DNA from: Nitrosarchaeum sp.
GTDB taxonomy: Archaea > Thermoproteota > Nitrososphaeria > Nitrososphaerales > Nitrosopumilaceae
DNA: 64,000 nucleotides
Assembly: GCA_965223865.1 (NCBI GenBank)
Contig: OZ245020.1
Span: 544,001-608,000, forward strand
Direction: 5' to 3'
The number at the start of each line of letters is the position of its first letter. The first letter of the stretch is position 1. The notes under the pieces were generated by a model. The model worked only from the letters and a program-made list of their open reading frames with translations. It did no database searches and was not told where the DNA came from. Below are positions 59,519 to 64,000 of this stretch, piece after piece. The position numbers and the translations under genes were made by a program.

Positions 59519-60858
59519 TGGCAAAAATTACATTTACAATTCCTTCTGTTTTAAACCAAGGTGGAGGAGAAAAAAAAACAGAGATTTTAGCAGAATCTCT
59601 AACTGACGCATTTGCAAAAATCTCTGAGTCTATGGGTGATGATTTTAAGCGAAGGGTCTTAGAAGGTGATGGAACCCCACGTTCACTAATAAACATCTAC
59701 ATCAATGGAAAGAATGCAAAATTTTCCGGTGGAATGGAAACTACTCTAAAAGATGGTGATGAAGTGTACATACTGCCTGCAGTAGCTGGTGGTTCTGAAG
59801 AATTATCCTCAAAAGAACTTGACAGATTTTCAAGACAAGTTATGCTAGAGGAGATTGGTTATCAAGGACAGCTCAAATTAAAAAATGCCAAAGTCTGTGT
59901 TGTTGGAACCGGGGGTCTAGGAAACCCAATAACCTCAAGACTTGCTGCAATGGGTGTTGGTACTTTGAGAATTGTTGATAGAGATGTAATAGAATTATCT
60001 AACTTGCATAGGCAGACAATGTTTGATGAAGATGATGTAGGCCAAGTTAAAGTTGAAGTTGCTGCAAAAAAACTGCAAAAACTAAATCCTGACTGCAAGA
60101 TTGAAGCCTTGGCTGTTTCTGTCAATGATTATACTGCACTTGAAGTAGTTGAAGGGTGTGATGTTGTGATTGATGCACTTGACAGTGTTAATGCGCGATA
60201 TGCATTAAACAATGCATGTGTCAAATTTGGAATTCCATTTGTAACAGGTGCAGCAGTTGGAGTTTCAGGGCAAGCATTTACAGTTTTACCAAGACAAAGT
60301 GCATGCTACTTTTGCATGTTTCCAGAACTAAACGAAGACACAATGCCAACATGTAGCATTGAAGGAGTTCATCCATCAATTCTTTCCCTTGTAGGTGGAA
60401 TTGAGGTTGCAGAAGCTGTTAAAATCATAATTGGAAAAAAACCTAGTCTTTCAGAGAGGATACTTCATATTGATCTAGAAAATCTTGACTTTAACAGTAC
60501 TAGAACATTTAGAGCAGAAGAATGCCCAATTTGTGGAACAGGGAAACTCAAAGTTGTTCCAAAAGAAGAATTGATCCTAGAAGAACTATGCGGAAGAAAT
60601 AGAGGAAAGAGAACTTATTCTATAACTCCAACTGAAACATTTGATCTTGAAGTTGATGCTGTAACCAATACAGGAAAAGAAATGGGATTCACAGTTGAAA
60701 ATCAAGGTGAACTTGGACTGTCCTTGCGAACAAATGAAATGTCTGTCAATTTTATGAAAAAAGGATCCGCTGTAATTGTTGGACCAAAAGATGAGCAAGA
60801 GGCAATTTCATTATATTATGAAATTTTAGGCAAAAAACCAATTGAATCTGCAACCTAG
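59518..60858 (+). CDS. Ubiquitin-like (MoaD/ThiS/SAMP) domain fused to a ThiF/MoeB E1-like adenylyltransferase
   Basis: Ubl ending ILPAVAGG (59518-59793), then RFSRQ, GTGGLG, SNLHRQ, CYFC, PTC, CPIC motifs. Confidence 0.92.
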   Translation: MAKITFTIPSVLNQGGGEKKTEILAESLTDAFAKISESMGDDFKRRVLEGDGTPRSLINIYINGKNAKFSGGMETTLKDGDEVYILPAVAGGSEELSSKELDRFSRQVMLEEIGYQGQLKLKNAKVCVVGTGGLGNPITSRLAAMGVGTLRIVDRDVIELSNLHRQTMFDEDDVGQVKVEVAAKKLQKLNPDCKIEALAVSVNDYTALEVVEGCDVVIDALDSVNARYALNNACVKFGIPFVTGAAVGVSGQAFTVLPRQSACYFCMFPELNEDTMPTCSIEGVHPSILSLVGGIEVAEAVKIIIGKKPSLSERILHIDLENLDFNSTRTFRAEECPICGTGKLKVVPKEELILEELCGRNRGKRTYSITPTETFDLEVDAVTNTGKEMGFTVENQGELGLSLRTNEMSVNFMKKGSAVIVGPKDEQEAISLYYEILGKKPIESAT

Positions 60859-61018
60859 ATTCATTGATGAAATAAAATCTGGATAAAAAGTACAAACTAG
60901 TTTGTTTTAGTTATTTTATAATTTTTTGGATACCTCCAACAATAACCAGAAAATAATTTTATCTTTTACCTTGATCCGATATTTTTAATTTAAACTTAAT
61001 ATCATAACTTAATGAAAG

Positions 61019-61417
61019 TTGTTAGAACAAGGAACTCCTTACTACAAGTTGTACGATTCGATAGTTAATTTAGATTCAAAAATAAGATTTGTGACAATCA
61101 TAGATTCAAATGGTAGATTAATTTTAGGTGGCCAAAAAGATGGAATACAAAATTACTTGATTCCAGAGGATCAAAAAAAATCCCTCAAATCTGCAAGCAA
61201 AATGTGGGAGATTCGTAATCAATTTGTTGATTTTCTCGGTAAAGGAAAATACGCAATGGCAGAATATGAGAAAGTAAAACGATACACTTTCCCCTTAGAT
61301 AATACTAATTTGTTATATATCACTACTGAACCAGAACTAGAGCATAATTTCTTTATTAAGCAAATATTCAAATTATTAAATTATTACAAAATTAAATCAG
61401 ATTCAATTAAACAATAA
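61019..61417 (+). CDS. Roadblock/profilin-like sensor protein (DUF6659 type)
   Basis: LDSKIRFVTIIDSNG...LGKGKYAMAEYEKV...ITTEP. Confidence 0.75.
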   Translation: MLEQGTPYYKLYDSIVNLDSKIRFVTIIDSNGRLILGGQKDGIQNYLIPEDQKKSLKSASKMWEIRNQFVDFLGKGKYAMAEYEKVKRYTFPLDNTNLLYITTEPELEHNFFIKQIFKLLNYYKIKSDSIKQ

Positions 61418-61592
61418 CAAGCGAATTATTTTCAATATTACCAATAAATAAAAAAATCAAAAACTCTTTGTTAATTTTTTTTCAAATAATTACCGTCAAT
61501 TCGTAAATATTTTTAATAAAATCAAATTAAATGAAAATATTGTAGTTTATTTCTAAAAAATGCTATATAGTTGAATTTGATTAATTTGACAG

Positions 61593-62444
61593 ATGGAGGT
61601 TGTTGATAACTCTATAGTGGAACCTATTGAATTACGAATGATAAGACAATCAAAATTTCCAGTCCGATACAAACTCCCAAAAAATACTGCAGAATTTACA
61701 AATCTCAAATCAAGCATTAATGAGCATGGACTTTTACAGCCAATTGTAATTAGACCTCTAGAACATGGATTTGAAATAGTTGCAGGGCACAGAAGATTTG
61801 CAGCATGCAAATCATTACGTTGGAGGTTTATTCCCTGTAAAATACGCGACTTTTCTGATAAACAAGCATACGAAATTCAGCTAACTGAAAATATCCAAAG
61901 AAAATCAATGGACCCAATTGAAGAGGCTGAAGCTTATCAAAAATATGTAAATGAATTTGGTTGGGGAGGTGTAAGTGATCTTGCCAAAAAAATTGGAAAA
62001 AGTGAAGAATATGTCTCCCACAGAATGCAGCTACTTAAACTTCCAGCAAATATGAGAGAGAAAATTGCTCAAAATGACCTGAGCGTAAGCCAGGCTTTAG
62101 AACTTACAAATGTAGATGCTTCTCTGAAAAATGAATTTGTCGATGAAATTGTCAACAATAAACTAACTGTAAAACAAATTCGAACTATGAAGAAAAATTT
62201 TACTCCTTCACCAGATCCTTACACACCAAGAAAAAACAATGATTCAAAATCAATTAATTTGATAAAGAAAAGCAATCTGGCCTTAAAAGTAACCCTTTCT
62301 AGACTAGACGATCTTATTGAAGATGCTCATGGAATTAATAATAAACAGAAAGTCGAATTAATAGAGTTCTTGATGAGTCTTAGATTAAAAACTCATTCTA
62401 TGATTGATGATACCATCAAATTCAAAAAGAAATACTCAAAATAA
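61593..62444 (+). CDS. ParB/Spo0J-family protein
   Basis: SINEHGLLQPIVIRP, IVAGHRR, ENIQR, HTH LAKKIGKSEEYVSHR. Confidence 0.92.
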   Translation: MEVVDNSIVEPIELRMIRQSKFPVRYKLPKNTAEFTNLKSSINEHGLLQPIVIRPLEHGFEIVAGHRRFAACKSLRWRFIPCKIRDFSDKQAYEIQLTENIQRKSMDPIEEAEAYQKYVNEFGWGGVSDLAKKIGKSEEYVSHRMQLLKLPANMREKIAQNDLSVSQALELTNVDASLKNEFVDEIVNNKLTVKQIRTMKKNFTPSPDPYTPRKNNDSKSINLIKKSNLALKVTLSRLDDLIEDAHGINNKQKVELIEFLMSLRLKTHSMIDDTIKFKKKYSK

Positions 62445-62451
62445 TATTCTA

Positions 62452-62991
62452 TCAAGTACCAAGAAACGGTGGAACCCATTCCTTGAGAAAGGTTTTGTAT
62501 TCTTTTTCTGTATATGTAAGAGCATAAAGTGATGCTTCTGTTTGTGGAACAAAATCATACACTTCATATGTCTGAATAATATCTCCAAACAAATTTCTGT
62601 AAATATCATTTTCTTCATCAGCCATGTCATTAGACAAAAAAGATTTCACTGTAATCCAATCATATCCTCCCCTTGTCCTTCCAGAAAACAAAACAAATGG
62701 TGCATCATTAAGATATTTCTTTAGACCAGCTAATCGCTTGGGAAGTGCTTGTGAAGTTCTAAACGTTACAAGATCTACTCTAATAACTCTATGAGGGAGT
62801 TTTTTTGCATCTACAGTAATGGTGTATCCCTTGATAATTTTTTCTTCTTCTAATCTTGAAATTCGTGATTCTATCTCTTCTTCAGTTAAATTATAATTAA
62901 ATCCCTTTAAAAAATCCCAAATTTCAAATGTACTCTGTTTTGAATTCTGGGATAGAGTTGAAATTATCAACTCATCAATTTTATCTATCAT
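62452..62991 (-). CDS. Lrp/AsnC family transcriptional regulator
   Basis: IDKIDELIISTL...RISRLEEEKIIKGYT HTH; GGYD effector domain. Confidence 0.85.
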   Translation of the reverse strand: MIDKIDELIISTLSQNSKQSTFEIWDFLKGFNYNLTEEEIESRISRLEEEKIIKGYTITVDAKKLPHRVIRVDLVTFRTSQALPKRLAGLKKYLNDAPFVLFSGRTRGGYDWITVKSFLSNDMADEENDIYRNLFGDIIQTYEVYDFVPQTEASLYALTYTEKEYKTFLKEWVPPFLGT

Positions 62992-63116
62992 TTGATATAC
63001 TAGTCTAATTCCACTATTTAATGATCATTACTAATCAGTAATTAGGGCTAAAACCCATTTTGTTTTGAAATAAATTATAATTTATTTTAATACAAGTTTT
63101 TACCTTTTTTACTACC

Positions 63117-64000
63117 ATGAGTGCGATTTTACCTGAAAATATTGGTTTTTTTGTCTTAATTGGAGTTGGTCTAATTATGGCATTATCTGTTTTACTTTTG
63201 GTTAAAGCTGAAACAAAATGGTTAGGTACTAGAAAAACATCTGAATGGTTCTATACTGCCGGCAGAACCATCAAAACTGGTTTAATTGCATCCTCTATTG
63301 TATCTGCCTGGACTTGGGCTGCCACTTTATTACAATCTTCTACTGTAACTTATGAATTTGGTTTAGCTGGTTCTTTTTGGTATGCTGCAGGAGCAAGTAT
63401 TCAAGTAATTTTGTTTTCAATTCTTGCAATTGAATTAAAACGAAAAGCTCCAATGACGCATACTTTCCCAGAAATGATTAATGTTCGATTTGGAAAACAA
63501 TCACACAAAGTTTTCTTATTTTTTGCACTTATGACAAATACAATTGTTACTGCAATGTTAGTTTTAGGAGGAGCTGCAGTCATTAATTCTCTTACAGGTG
63601 TTGACATTACTCTAGCTGCCTTTTTAATTCCTGTAGGAATTATTATTTACACAATATTTGGTGGACTAAAAGCAACATTTTTTGCTGAATATCTAAACGC
63701 TGCTTTAATTTTTGTTGTAGTTTTAGTTTTTGTAACAGTAATCTATTTTCTCACTCCTGAAATTGGTGGTATATCAGGCATGTATGAAAAGCTAGCCGCA
63801 GCTTCTATCCTAAAACCAGTCGAAGGCAATGCATTTGGAACTTACCTGACTTTGGCATCTGTTGGTGCATTGATATTTGGTATTATCAATATAGTTGGAA
63901 ACTTTGGAACTATATTCGTTGATCAGTCCTACTGGCAGAGAGCAATTGCTGCAAGACCAAAAGCCGCTACTGGTGGCTTTATCATGGGTGGATTGGCATG
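63117..64000 (+). CDS. dur3: Urea active transporter (DUR3-type sodium:solute symporter), runs off the window end
   Basis: Manual translation: SEWFYTAGRTIKTGLIASSIVSAWTWAATLLQSS, WYAAGASIQ, KRKAP..HT, GGLKATF, GNFGTIFVDQSYWQRAIAA; absent from the ORF track because it has no stop in the window. Confidence 0.92.
   Translation, partial: MSAILPENIGFFVLIGVGLIMALSVLLLVKAETKWLGTRKTSEWFYTAGRTIKTGLIASSIVSAWTWAATLLQSSTVTYEFGLAGSFWYAAGASIQVILFSILAIELKRKAPMTHTFPEMINVRFGKQSHKVFLFFALMTNTIVTAMLVLGGAAVINSLTGVDITLAAFLIPVGIIIYTIFGGLKATFFAEYLNAALIFVVVLVFVTVIYFLTPEIGGISGMYEKLAAASILKPVEGNAFGTYLTLASVGALIFGIINIVGNFGTIFVDQSYWQRAIAARPKAATGGFIMGGLA

Noticed and set aside
595-63607. Numerous 60-125 aa antisense or nested ORFs in the track
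   Set aside because: They lie opposite or within well-supported genes and lack motifs; treated as shadow ORFs.

Overview
AT-rich, gene-dense archaeal chromosome segment. Gene content (GTP cyclohydrolase III, TFE, aTrm56, thermosome, TiaS, Csl4, rpl44e/rps27e, cobalamin late genes, DUR3-type urea transporter, many TTG/GTG starts) points to an ammonia-oxidising Nitrosopumilus-like thaumarchaeon. It is mostly housekeeping: a riboflavin operon, cob genes, guaA/guaB, folP/mptE, a his operon, HMG-CoA reductase and an initiator tRNA-Met with a 15-nt D-loop intron. No CRISPR array, rRNA or mobile element was seen. The most notable items are: (i) a thrC-like PLP enzyme coupled to a ubiquitin-like sulfur carrier fused in frame to an E1 enzyme; (ii) a deaminase-type amidohydrolase embedded in the riboflavin operon, where two pathway steps lack genes; (iii) two paralogous Trp-periodic amphipathic proteins, one with a Lys-rich tail, in the accessory 16-22.8 kb block (phasin/PhaF-like hypothesis); (iv) a CobQ lacking its glutaminase domain; (v) a nested perfect tandem-repeat protein; and (vi) three consecutive decayed genes downstream of guaA. 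All product calls come from motif recognition by eye, not database searches.
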